Below, one piece after another: positions 55,289 to 64,000 of a stretch of DNA of 64,000 bases. The position numbers and the translations under genes are program-made. The first letter of the stretch is position 1; every line of letters starts with the position of its first letter. The notes beneath the pieces are model-generated. The model was not told the origin of the DNA. It did no database searches and saw nothing but the letters and a program-made list of their open reading frames with translations. The stretch spans positions 1,728 to 65,727 of the forward strand of contig CAZUXW010000003.1 in assembly GCA_964624625.1 (NCBI GenBank), read 5' to 3'. The DNA is from an uncultured bacterium (GTDB lineage Bacteria > Oederibacteriota > Muellerivitia > Muellerivitales > Muellerivitaceae).

Positions 55289-57388
55289 TTAGAGGCCTGC
55301 CTGGTCCAAAGCCTTTAAATTTTCCGCCGCTGGAGTCAGGTTCAATTTCGAGTGTACCGCTTTTTGAAAAGCCGCCCTGGCTAACGCGGTCTTTCCCTGC
55401 TGGACGAGGATGGCTCCCTCCTCGTTGTAAAATTCCGCCAAGGGATAGCCGTTTTGAAGTCCCTCCCGGATGGCCTCCAAACATCCCAATTCGTCATGGT
55501 CGATGGCACGGTGGGTGAAGACCTTTTCCCAAAAACAGGACTGTAAGAAGGGATCATCCCCCAAAAGGTCCTTCACTTGATAAATCCGGTCCAGAATGAG
55601 GCTTTGTGATACCCAGGGGGAAGAACTGATGACCGCGTAGGTCGCCCCTCTCAATCCCTGATTGACTTCGAACCATTTGCTCAAGCCGGCCCGATTTTCC
55701 TCATTCAAAGGAATGACGCCCAGCATCCAATAGCCCACGGATTTTTTTTCACCGATCCAGTACCACTTCCCCGCGGGAAACCTCTCGGCCAGAAAAGGAC
55801 GGTAATTGGCGTCCGTCACCACAGAAACCCAATGGGCATCCTCAAAAGTGAATTTGGGATTGCGGCAAACATCAAAGGGATAAGCCGCCATGATGAGCGA
55901 AGGATCCGCCACATGGGTTCTCAAATCCGCCAGAACCGCTCCCGGACCCAGATCCTTGTTCGTTTTCATTAATATATCGTAAGCCCTGGACAGTTCCGGC
56001 GACTTCCGCAGTTCCCAACCAGTCCCCGGCTCCCCCCAAACCCGGTGGAACCGGGAGAAAAGATGGTGGCAGTCCAAAGCCACCGAGGACAGGAATAGAA
56101 TAATAATCAACGTGATTTTTCCAACGGTCTTCGGCGCGTCCCACAGCGAGAACATTCCCATCACCACGGCGACAATCACCAAAGGAAGGATTTGGAATAT
56201 CCTAAAGGTATCAAACCCCGTGGCTGCGACCGCTGGCAGAAAAAATACCCCGAAAGAAAGGAAAACCCAACGGACCGCGGTACGCCGACGCCATTTCCAC
56301 CCTTCCATGAGGCCCAGCAAAAAAAAAGAACCCAAGATGGGGTTCAACATCCCACCCCAAACAGGACCGTAAAGAATGGACCAATCGTATCCCCAAAAAA
56401 CCGCCCGCACATGGGCGAAGAAATCAGATCCCTGTTGTGCCCAATCCATTCCCGAATGAAGGGCCCATAGTTTTTGGAAATATCGGCCGTTCTTCTCGTG
56501 GAGGGAAGCCCATGCGAACAAAAACGCGGGAGGTGCCATGGAACTCAAAAGCGGAAGAAGGAATCCCTTTTCCTTCGGCTTTTTTCGATCCATAAAATGA
56601 ACCGCCAGGACCACCGAACTGGCGACCACCAACCAGGCCCGGGCCACAAAAAAACCAAGCCCGGCCGCCCATCCCAGCGCCCGAAGAAGACAAGGCCTCC
56701 GAACGGGGGATTTCTCGGTTATGAAGAGGGATAGCAACAGGAACGTCAACGCTTCCCAAAAAGGCATGGCGGCTTCGGGTATGCAAAAGCGGCCGTTGAA
56801 CCAAGGCCAAAAGCTAAACCCCATCCAGCAAAAACAAATCAGGGAAAATGTTTTTGAGAATATAGTCCTAAAGGCGAAACAATAAAGCCCCAAAGTCATG
56901 GCGGAGAGCATGGCTGGGAATAACCAAATCGTAAAAAGAGAAGGCTGGAAAAACTTGAAAAATAAGGCCAGGCTCCAATTGAAAAATAGCGGCTCCTGCC
57001 CAAAGGTAAAGAAAAAATGCCAGGACCAGGCTTTGGAAAGTTCCGAAGAATAATAAGAAAAGTAGCCGTCGTCGGGAAAAAGCCAGCGGGAAAGTTCGGT
57101 GAGTTGAAAAAACCGGGGAATGAGCGCCAACAACCCAACCGCCCAATAGATCCAGGGAGGAATGGATTCGAACGATTCCCGCTCAAAGGCTGGTTTTTCA
57201 TCCGGAAGGGGTGAAGACTCCTGGCGCATCAACCAACCCAGGGGGATTAAAATTCCTGCCAAACCCAAAAGAATTTTGACGTAACTTCCCAGGGGGCCAT
57301 AAGACAATAAAACATTCGTGAGGAGGAAAACAATAAAAACAACAGGCCGAGAATGACCGGGAACCCGCTTGACGTTAGGGAAGGTCAT
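55289..57388 (-). CDS. GT-C-type glycosyltransferase-like polytopic membrane protein (ArnT/PMT/TMTC-like) with C-terminal TPRs, paralog A
   Basis: ~12 TM segments. First-loop acidic motif W-LFPDDGYFSYYSSELS is like the ArnT/PMT DE-x-RY motif. C-terminal TPR-like helices. Start taken at the ATG overlapping the upstream TPR gene stop (57388). Confidence 0.55.
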   Translation of the reverse strand: MTFPNVKRVPGHSRPVVFIVFLLTNVLLSYGPLGSYVKILLGLAGILIPLGWLMRQESSPLPDEKPAFERESFESIPPWIYWAVGLLALIPRFFQLTELSRWLFPDDGYFSYYSSELSKAWSWHFFFTFGQEPLFFNWSLALFFKFFQPSLFTIWLFPAMLSAMTLGLYCFAFRTIFSKTFSLICFCWMGFSFWPWFNGRFCIPEAAMPFWEALTFLLLSLFITEKSPVRRPCLLRALGWAAGLGFFVARAWLVVASSVVLAVHFMDRKKPKEKGFLLPLLSSMAPPAFLFAWASLHEKNGRYFQKLWALHSGMDWAQQGSDFFAHVRAVFWGYDWSILYGPVWGGMLNPILGSFFLLGLMEGWKWRRRTAVRWVFLSFGVFFLPAVAATGFDTFRIFQILPLVIVAVVMGMFSLWDAPKTVGKITLIIILFLSSVALDCHHLFSRFHRVWGEPGTGWELRKSPELSRAYDILMKTNKDLGPGAVLADLRTHVADPSLIMAAYPFDVCRNPKFTFEDAHWVSVVTDANYRPFLAERFPAGKWYWIGEKKSVGYWMLGVIPLNEENRAGLSKWFEVNQGLRGATYAVISSSPWVSQSLILDRIYQVKDLLGDDPFLQSCFWEKVFTHRAIDHDELGCLEAIREGLQNGYPLAEFYNEEGAILVQQGKTALARAAFQKAVHSKLNLTPAAENLKALDQAGL

Positions 57389-58836
57389 CCCTTTTCGAAT
57401 TCCCTTAGGATCACCGTCGCTCTTCCCCTTTCCACCGGAGATAATCCGGGGCGATTGAGGAAATCGTTTAAAACTTTTTTCCCCTTTTCCCATTGGCCGA
57501 TTTGGCTTTGAGCCAGGGCTAAATTGATGGTCAGGGATAGGGGCAGGGGCTCGGATTCGGCCTCCAGCAGCTCAATCAACCCGGTTTTATTTCCTCTTTT
57601 TCCTAATTCGGAGGAAAAGAAAAGGAGTATTTCCTCGTTATGGGGCGAGCGGCGGAGCGCTTCCCTCAAGGTTTCCTCCGCTCCGGGCCATTGGTCGTCG
57701 TCCGCCTGGCCCTGAGCCTTGACCAAAAGGGGCGCGAACCCCGCGGGATTTTCGGCCGCCAACCGGTCCAGCCATTCCAATCCCTCCTCTTTTCGGTCCG
57801 TCTCCCGGAACAAATGATAAAGCTGGCGCAAAACGTCCAAGCGCTGGGGATCCAATTGGACCGCTGTTTGGATCTCCTCCCAAGCCAGGTCCCTTTCATC
57901 GAGGGCTAAATATACCTTGAATAGATTCAAATGAGCCGTTACCGACTGTGGATTTTCATCCAAATAACCCATCAAATGTTTTTCCGCTTCCTGATAACGG
58001 CCCGCCTCCAAATGGACCGTTCCCAGGCCCAAGAGGGCCTCCAAGTTATCCGGGGCGCTTTTCAACGCCTTCTCAAAAGCCTGGACGGAGAGGCCGTGGA
58101 TTTGGTTTTGAAGCAGGCCCCAACCCAATTTCAATAAGGCTTCCGGCGCCTGTTCTTTTTCGACGATTTCCCCCATTTTTTTCTCGTACTCGGCCCTGCG
58201 GATGAAAGTCGCCGCCTCCCCTTCCTTTTTACCCAGGCCACGCAGTAAAAAAAGCTCCCCCAATCCCATGAGCTGCTCCAGCACAAAATGGTCCCCCGGC
58301 AGCAGTTCCAAGGCTTTCCAAAAAACTTCCGAGGCTTTTTTCTTTTCCCCCATCGCCTGGTAGGTCCGCCCCAAGTTGCTGTAAATCCATCCGGACTCGG
58401 GAGCCATCCTCAAGGCCTGTTTGTAAAAGGATTCGGATTTTTCCAATTCCCCTGTTATCCGAAAGCAGTATCCCAGTTGAAAACAAGTTAAAGGGCATTC
58501 CGGATCAATATCGAGGATTTCCACCAGTTTCGGGATCGCCTCGGCGAATCGGCCGGATTCGAAATAGGGATTCACTTCCAATAATTTCGGCCATTTTTTC
58601 ACGAAGAGCTGGTAAAGGTAAGCCCCTGGAGCCCCCGGCGACTGCTTTAAAAGCTCTTCCATGGCTCCCACCCCAGCCTGGAAGTCATAACCCTTTTTTT
58701 CTACTTCCTCCTGTTGGTGGATCCAAAGAGGCGCGTGGGAGGGAAGGTGATGGAATTGGGCCAAGGCCTTCGGAAGGGATACAAAGGTAATTTCCGGCGG
58801 AACACCGGGTGATCTTTCAAAAGAATCCGCGCTCAA
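57385..58836 (-). CDS. TPR-repeat protein (483 aa)
   Basis: Multiple 34-residue TPR-like repeats (A/Y/L patterns, e.g. ..AEKHLMGYLDENPQSVTAHLNLFKVYLAL..). Sandwiched between the two GT-C-like paralogs. Confidence 0.6.
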   Translation of the reverse strand: MSADSFERSPGVPPEITFVSLPKALAQFHHLPSHAPLWIHQQEEVEKKGYDFQAGVGAMEELLKQSPGAPGAYLYQLFVKKWPKLLEVNPYFESGRFAEAIPKLVEILDIDPECPLTCFQLGYCFRITGELEKSESFYKQALRMAPESGWIYSNLGRTYQAMGEKKKASEVFWKALELLPGDHFVLEQLMGLGELFLLRGLGKKEGEAATFIRRAEYEKKMGEIVEKEQAPEALLKLGWGLLQNQIHGLSVQAFEKALKSAPDNLEALLGLGTVHLEAGRYQEAEKHLMGYLDENPQSVTAHLNLFKVYLALDERDLAWEEIQTAVQLDPQRLDVLRQLYHLFRETDRKEEGLEWLDRLAAENPAGFAPLLVKAQGQADDDQWPGAEETLREALRRSPHNEEILLFFSSELGKRGNKTGLIELLEAESEPLPLSLTINLALAQSQIGQWEKGKKVLNDFLNRPGLSPVERGRATVILREFEKG

Positions 58837-58922
58837 AGTGTTTCTCCTTTCCCGTCCCAGGATGTCGCGACCCCTAGATTATCCGCCCTCCCGCCGGCCC
58901 TGACAACCGCCTCGGCAGGCTC

Positions 58923-61091
58923 TCACTCGTTTGGCTTGACTCCCGTTTTTTCCAGCTCCTCCAAAGCGGCCAGGCCAGCGGCAGCGGAAGTATGGTTCAG
59001 GCCGCAGTGGATGGCTTGTTGAAAATTCTTCCGGGCCATTTCCCAGTAACCGCGCCGCATGTAAAGAGCCCCCAAACTATTATAAAGATGGGCCGCTGGA
59101 ATCCCCCGCGCCAGGGCCTTTTGCAGAGCCTGGACTTGGGCGGAATATTCCCGGTCGTGGTAATCATACTCCGCAATTTTTTCCCAAAAACAGGATTCTA
59201 AGAACGGCTCGCCTTTGAACAAGGGATAGAGGCCCGCCAGGCTTTGTAATATCGGTTTTGAACTTTTCCAATCGTGGTTATCGTAAACCTGGCCTGTCAA
59301 ACTATGGGAAGCCTGCTCGGCCTCGATATACTTGTTCAAAACCTCAGGGCGGGAAACAGGAAGCGGAAGGACCCCAAGCATGAGCCCCCCATGGGGTGGG
59401 ACGCAGTCCGAGGCCAGCCAAAACCAGCTGGCTTCGGGAAATTGTCCGGATAGATAAGGCTGATAATGAACATTGATTAAAATCGCCGCCCACCGGCATG
59501 GAACCTTCGATAGTTTCTGGTTTTGAGCGGCGTTGAAGGGATAAGTCGCCACGGATAAGCTTTGATCGAATATATCCGGAACCAGGTCCGAGAGAATGGC
59601 CCCCGGGCCTTGTTCCTTGTTCAATCTCTCCAATATTCCGAAGGCCCTCAATCTTTCGACCGACTTGGAAGCGAACCAATTATCCTTAGGGGCCGTCCAA
59701 AGGGAATGATAAACCCCGAATAATTGCCTGGCGTCCAAAAGGCTGGAAAACAACATCATTGCCGCCACGAAATATATTCTTTTGTTCTGAGAGAGAGTTG
59801 AGGCCAGCGAGGCGAGTCCCAGGCTTGAAGTGAAAATCAAAAATGGCATGGTTTGAACCACGCGGTGGCCGTCCAACCCGCCCGTCAAAAACCCTGGTAG
59901 AATTAAGATGAAAAAGAAGATTCCCTGTTTCCAATAAGAGAATCCCGCCCTCGCTAAAATCACCGTTCCCCAAAAACAAAAGGCCCCCAACAGGGGATTT
60001 AAAAAACCCCCTCCAAAGGGCCGATAAGCGAAAAGGTAGGGAGGAAGACGGCTTCCCCAAAACATGGCGCAGGTATCGTTCAAACCGGTCCATCCCGGGC
60101 CCAATGGGTTTTGCAAAACATAGCGGAAATGTCCCCCTCGATCACCCAGCGTGGTCCAGGCCAAAATCAGGAACAATATGATTTCCGGAATAAAAAAATA
60201 AAGAAATTTACCCCATTCCCCTCTCCGGGCCCCCACGGTTAGCTTAAAAACAAATAGGGTCAGGATAAAAGCGACGATCGACCAGGAGGTGAAGGTGTAA
60301 AAACCGACCCCGGCGCAAAATCCCAAAATCCAACTGGATTTCAACCGGGCTTTTTCGCCTTCCGCTCGCAAAAAAATCCCGAGACAATAAAAGGTCAGGG
60401 CCATCCAACCGGCGAGAAAACCACCCTGAACCGAAAATCGACCCAAATAAAGCGGCCAAAAACTGACCGCCCAAAAACCCGTCAACAGGAACGTGAAGGA
60501 CCTTGAAAATAATAAGCGCGCGCCGGCGAAAACGAATCCCACGGCCAAGGTGGAAAGCAACGCCGGAAAAAACCAAAGCGTCGCAAGGGAAATCCCAAAA
60601 ATCTTAAAAAATAACCCAAGGCCCCAAACATAGAGAGGAGGCATCCCGCTGAAATCATAGGTGAGCTGCCAAGCCCCTTTTTCGGCCAACTCGATGGCGT
60701 AATGCCCGTTCATCGCCTCGTCTTCCAAGGGCCATTCGGATAGAGTGGTGAGTTGATGGAACCTCAAAAAAAGAGCGGTCAAAGCCAATAAGATCCAGGC
60801 CAGAAGCGGAATTTTGGGGATCCACTCCCCTTGTAAAGCCTCATTCAACGAAGACCTTTTCCCCTGAACGGCCCGAACGGCAAGAAGGGCCGGCAAGAAA
60901 AGGCCGATCAGCGCGATCCAAAATTTCCACTCCAAGGAAATGGTAAAATAAGACAGGACGCTGTTGGCGGCGCAGAATAAACCAAAAATCATCCAGGGAA
61001 AAAAGCGTGATTCCAGCGGGTAAAGCGGTAAACGTTTCAAAGGAGCCGCCTTAAAAAAGATGAACGATCTCTTCATTAATAAAAACACCAC
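58923..61091 (-). CDS. GT-C-type glycosyltransferase-like membrane protein with C-terminal TPRs, paralog B
   Basis: Clear paralogy to 55289-57388 (FLESCFWEKI vs FLQSCFWEKV, YPFNAAQNQK vs YPFDVCRNPK). First-loop motif WPLEDEAMNGHYAIELAEK. Confidence 0.55.
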   Translation of the reverse strand: MVFLLMKRSFIFFKAAPLKRLPLYPLESRFFPWMIFGLFCAANSVLSYFTISLEWKFWIALIGLFLPALLAVRAVQGKRSSLNEALQGEWIPKIPLLAWILLALTALFLRFHQLTTLSEWPLEDEAMNGHYAIELAEKGAWQLTYDFSGMPPLYVWGLGLFFKIFGISLATLWFFPALLSTLAVGFVFAGARLLFSRSFTFLLTGFWAVSFWPLYLGRFSVQGGFLAGWMALTFYCLGIFLRAEGEKARLKSSWILGFCAGVGFYTFTSWSIVAFILTLFVFKLTVGARRGEWGKFLYFFIPEIILFLILAWTTLGDRGGHFRYVLQNPLGPGWTGLNDTCAMFWGSRLPPYLFAYRPFGGGFLNPLLGAFCFWGTVILARAGFSYWKQGIFFFILILPGFLTGGLDGHRVVQTMPFLIFTSSLGLASLASTLSQNKRIYFVAAMMLFSSLLDARQLFGVYHSLWTAPKDNWFASKSVERLRAFGILERLNKEQGPGAILSDLVPDIFDQSLSVATYPFNAAQNQKLSKVPCRWAAILINVHYQPYLSGQFPEASWFWLASDCVPPHGGLMLGVLPLPVSRPEVLNKYIEAEQASHSLTGQVYDNHDWKSSKPILQSLAGLYPLFKGEPFLESCFWEKIAEYDYHDREYSAQVQALQKALARGIPAAHLYNSLGALYMRRGYWEMARKNFQQAIHCGLNHTSAAAGLAALEELEKTGVKPNE

Positions 61092-61189
61092 TGGTAAGCT
61101 TCTCTTGCCCCCAACCCGTCGGGCCTAGTTTAAGGGGAATAAGGGTCGTTCCGGTTAGGCATTTCCAAATAAAAGCGCCTGGAGAATAC

Positions 61190-62167
61190 ATGGAAACTCT
61201 GATTTCTTTAGTGGGACCCCTTCATCCGCCCCTGGTGCATTTCGCGGTGGCATGCCCCATTTTAGCTTTCTTCGCCCTGGCGGCCCAAAGGGTTCTTCAA
61301 AAAGAATGGCTGGGCCAGGCCGCCGCGGCCCTTTGGTTTCTCGCATTTTTAACTTCTCTGGCGGCCGGTGTAACCGGTCATTTTTTTTCCGTTCATTTAG
61401 GATTGGAAACGCAGCTTTCCATTCTTCCCCCCGAGAGCGCCTCCCAAGGCAGGCTTCGGGAGCATGTTTTACTGGGAAGTGGCTCGATGTTGCTTTCGAT
61501 CGCCGTCCTTTTCGCGGCCATCCGGACTTTCCGTGAAAAACCCCTCCCTCGGAACACCCAACTTTGGCTCGCCCTAACCGCCGCGCTCCTCGCCGGTTGG
61601 ACGGGCCACGAGGGCGGGGAAATGGTTTACGGTTCGGATAACGCCGCCGCTTCGTCGGAGGCAGCCCAAGAAAAACCGCAAACAGGTGATCCAGCCCATT
61701 CCCCCGCTTCGGTAAAATCCACGGAATTCACCAGTCTTTTTCGCGATTATCGAAAAACCCTCACGCCCATGAACAGCCGGCCCTGGAACAGCCGGACCCA
61801 CGGGCACCGCTGGGTCAATACTTTCGTCTCCAAGGACGCCGTAACAGCCTACCAAAAATCCGACCCTTTACCGGAAGGAAGCCAGGTCGTCAAAGAATCC
61901 TTTGAGGACGCCGGCGGTAAACCCTCGGGACAAGCGGGACCCCTTTACGTCATGGTCAAGGGTCCCGCCGCCGCCTCACCGCGAACGGGAGGGTGGCGTT
62001 ACGCCCTCGTCTGGGATAAGCCCGTGCCGAACAATCCGGAAAATATTTTATCCCCGGTCCAATGGCTCCCGGGCGACCCCCATTTAAATTCCTGCGTTAA
62101 ATGCCACAATCATTTCAAGCTGGCGGATTACCTGGGCGGGATTCCCGAAGGTTTTGAGAATAAATAA
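61190..62167 (+). CDS. membrane protein with DUF2231-like N-terminal domain and C-terminal CXXCH (heme c-binding) motif
   Basis: N-terminus LHPPLVHFAVACPILAF... is DUF2231-like, with 4 TM. C-terminal soluble part ends ..NSCVKCHNHFKLADY (CxxCH), compatible with a small c-type / P460-like cytochrome domain. Confidence 0.45.
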   Translation: METLISLVGPLHPPLVHFAVACPILAFFALAAQRVLQKEWLGQAAAALWFLAFLTSLAAGVTGHFFSVHLGLETQLSILPPESASQGRLREHVLLGSGSMLLSIAVLFAAIRTFREKPLPRNTQLWLALTAALLAGWTGHEGGEMVYGSDNAAASSEAAQEKPQTGDPAHSPASVKSTEFTSLFRDYRKTLTPMNSRPWNSRTHGHRWVNTFVSKDAVTAYQKSDPLPEGSQVVKESFEDAGGKPSGQAGPLYVMVKGPAAASPRTGGWRYALVWDKPVPNNPENILSPVQWLPGDPHLNSCVKCHNHFKLADYLGGIPEGFENK

Positions 62168-62327
62168 TAAAGGAAAAGGGATCCGCCCAAGCCGTCAAAC
62201 CACCCTAAAACTTCAATACCATGGATTTTGGAAGACTCATGGGGCGAATTGAGTTTACCTGGATGGACACTTTTGGACCGGCCGGCCAAGGCGGCCCGGT
62301 GGACCTGGGGTTGTAAAATTGGGTTTC

Positions 62328-64000
62328 TTAAATTTTTTGAAGGGGAAATTGCAGGGTGAAGCGGGTCCCATGGGGCTCGATACGGTGAACCTCGATTTTT
62401 CCACGGTGGGCTTCGGCGATTTTTTGGCTGATCGGAAGCCCCAGCCCTGATCCATTTTTTTTGGTCGTGAAAAAAGGCTCGAACAAATGGGGCAGGTCCG
62501 CCTCATTAATGCCGGCGCCATTGTCCTGGACTCCCAAAAAGATCCATCCTTCCTGGACCTTGGCGGACAAGGTTAATACCCCATTGTCGTTCATCGATTG
62601 AAACGCGTTGAGGATTAAGTTGGACAATACCTGCTCCAGCCTCTCGCCGTCCGCCCAAAGCTCGGGGAAACCCTTGTCCAATTCCTGCCTCACCTCAAAA
62701 TTCACGTGCTGGGTGCCAAACTGGGTTTGCGCCGTGACAAGGGACCGTTCCAGTAAGTTTTGAAGGTCGACTTTTTCCTTTTTAATCTCCGTTTCCCGGG
62801 AATAATCCAAAATATCGTTCATGAATAGGCGCAACCGATCCGTTTGGGAGAGAATCGTGGCCAATTCCTGGGAATATTCCGAACGGTTTTCGAGTTTGGC
62901 CTTTAAAATTTGGCTCATTCCCGACACCACGGCCAAGGGGTTACGGATCTCATGGGCGATGGCGGCAATGACGTTGCCCACCGCGGCCAGCCGCTCATAC
63001 CGGAGCAGCATCCCCTGGGTTTTCTTCCGGTCGGTAACATCCCGGACTATCGTTAAGACCGCCGGCCGGCCCTGATAGACAAAGGCCGTGCCCTTGGTTT
63101 CCGCGTCCATCACTTGGCCGTCGGTCCGAAGGAGTTTTTGCTCGGCCCATTCGGTCTGATCCCCGGAATCATTGATTTTTTGGATACGGTTCAAACTCAA
63201 TTCGCGGTAATCGGGATGGACAAAATCCAGGATCATTTTACCGATGATCTTTTCAGGGTGGCTTGTCCCAAACATCCTCAAACCGGAGGAATTCACGTAA
63301 AGAATCCTTCCCTCCGAGTGAACCACCACTGCCTCCGGCGAAAACTCGATCAACTTCCGATAGCGTTCCTCGCTTTCCCGCAAGTCATTCTCGGCCTTCT
63401 TCCGTTCATCAATAAAAACCAATGAAAAGCAAACCCCGTCTACCCCGCCATGGTCGTTTGCGACCGGCTGGTAATTGACCTCCACCCATCGTTCCCGGCC
63501 GTCGGCGGCCCGGATGGATCTTTCAGCCTTCGTCTCCTTGCCTCCGAGCGCGGCTTGAAAGCTTTTGTGAAACATCTCCAGGCTGGCCCCCGAGGGGAGA
63601 GTGTCCGCGAAGAGCATTCCGACCTGGATGCCCTGTCCCAAAACCCGGGGCGCCATTATTTCCGCTGTTTTATTAAACCCGTGAATCAGGCCGTCTTTTC
63701 CGATGAGAACCATGACGTTGGACCCGCTGTTGAAGACTGCTTTCAAATCCGCTTCCGAACGCCGCAGGGCTTCCTCGACTTTTTTACGCTCGTCGATGGC
63801 GATGGCGGTCATACAGACTCCTGTAATAGTCCCGGCGGCCTCATAAACGGGGTTATAGGAAAAACCAAGCCAAAATTCGGCTCCCTCCCCCGATCTTACG
63901 GCCCTCTCCAGGGTGACCACTTCGCCCTTTAAGGCCCGGCTGATATGGTCATCAAATTCCTTTTTAAATTCCACGTTGAAGGTCATATAGTCCTTGAATG
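62328..64000 (-). CDS. PAS-domain sensor histidine kinase (5' end beyond window)
   Basis: HEIRNPLAVVSGMSQIL (H-box), HATPase motifs (NLILNAFQS, DNGAGI, GSGLGL). Upstream PAS repeats; the first PAS is incomplete at the window edge. Confidence 0.8.
   Translation of the reverse strand, partial: FKDYMTFNVEFKKEFDDHISRALKGEVVTLERAVRSGEGAEFWLGFSYNPVYEAAGTITGVCMTAIAIDERKKVEEALRRSEADLKAVFNSGSNVMVLIGKDGLIHGFNKTAEIMAPRVLGQGIQVGMLFADTLPSGASLEMFHKSFQAALGGKETKAERSIRAADGRERWVEVNYQPVANDHGGVDGVCFSLVFIDERKKAENDLRESEERYRKLIEFSPEAVVVHSEGRILYVNSSGLRMFGTSHPEKIIGKMILDFVHPDYRELSLNRIQKINDSGDQTEWAEQKLLRTDGQVMDAETKGTAFVYQGRPAVLTIVRDVTDRKKTQGMLLRYERLAAVGNVIAAIAHEIRNPLAVVSGMSQILKAKLENRSEYSQELATILSQTDRLRLFMNDILDYSRETEIKKEKVDLQNLLERSLVTAQTQFGTQHVNFEVRQELDKGFPELWADGERLEQVLSNLILNAFQSMNDNGVLTLSAKVQEGWIFLGVQDNGAGINEADLPHLFEPFFTTKKNGSGLGLPISQKIAEAHRGKIEVHRIEPHGTRFTLQFPLQKI

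Noticed and set aside
1-64000. Screen for CRISPR arrays, rRNA/tRNA genes, transposases, integrases and phage genes.
   Set aside because: I saw no regularly spaced direct repeats with unique spacers, no rRNA- or tRNA-like conserved stretches, and no ORF with transposase/integrase/terminase motifs. The window looks like core chromosome plus surface-structure clusters.

Overview
This is a gene-dense, high-GC bacterial chromosomal segment, mostly coding on the minus strand. I recognised no rRNA, tRNA, CRISPR array, transposase or integrase.

Main contents, in order:
- A partial membrane-protein gene at the left edge.
- A minus-strand operon for a 2-oxoacid:ferredoxin oxidoreductase (alpha/gamma fusion plus beta), a 4-cluster polyferredoxin and a TrxR-like ferredoxin-NADP+ reductase (478-5119).
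- A decayed quinone-oxidoreductase-family pseudogene (5384-5819).
- Secreted/outer-membrane proteins and a classical type IVa pilin.
- A complete 14-gene nuoA-N complex I operon (9451-24221, minus). Its intercistronic spacers are packed with long hairpins and inverted repeats. Two perfect TGTGA-N6-TCACA palindromes lie upstream.
- gnd, a tandem-domain secreted protein, chrA.
- A NitT/TauT-type ABC system with a duplicated permease, an ATPase with a C-terminal extension, and no binding protein.
- DedA, a multidomain class III adenylate cyclase, pterin-4a-carbinolamine dehydratase.
- A 4-gene minus-strand cluster of pilin-like proteins (35821-43561). It includes a 1246-aa protein with a prepilin N-terminus, a TPT-repeat secreted protein and a PilX-like protein.
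- xth, a Dabb protein, fabI, radC.
- A divergent lexA-orf-radical-SAM(SplB-like) cassette. A 14-bp perfect palindrome overlaps a promoter-like element upstream of lexA.
- NYN, NUDIX and aldo/keto reductase genes; AI-2E transporter; rhodanese plus MauE/DoxX-like pair.
- Two paralogous GT-C (ArnT/PMT/TMTC-like) membrane proteins with C-terminal TPRs flanking a TPR protein (55289-61091).
- A DUF2231-like membrane protein with a C-terminal CXXCH motif.
- A PAS histidine kinase truncated by the window end.

A family of TTAGGAATT/AATTCCTAA-type inverted repeats recurs in intergenic spacers. All protein-family assignments are from reading motifs by eye, not from searches.
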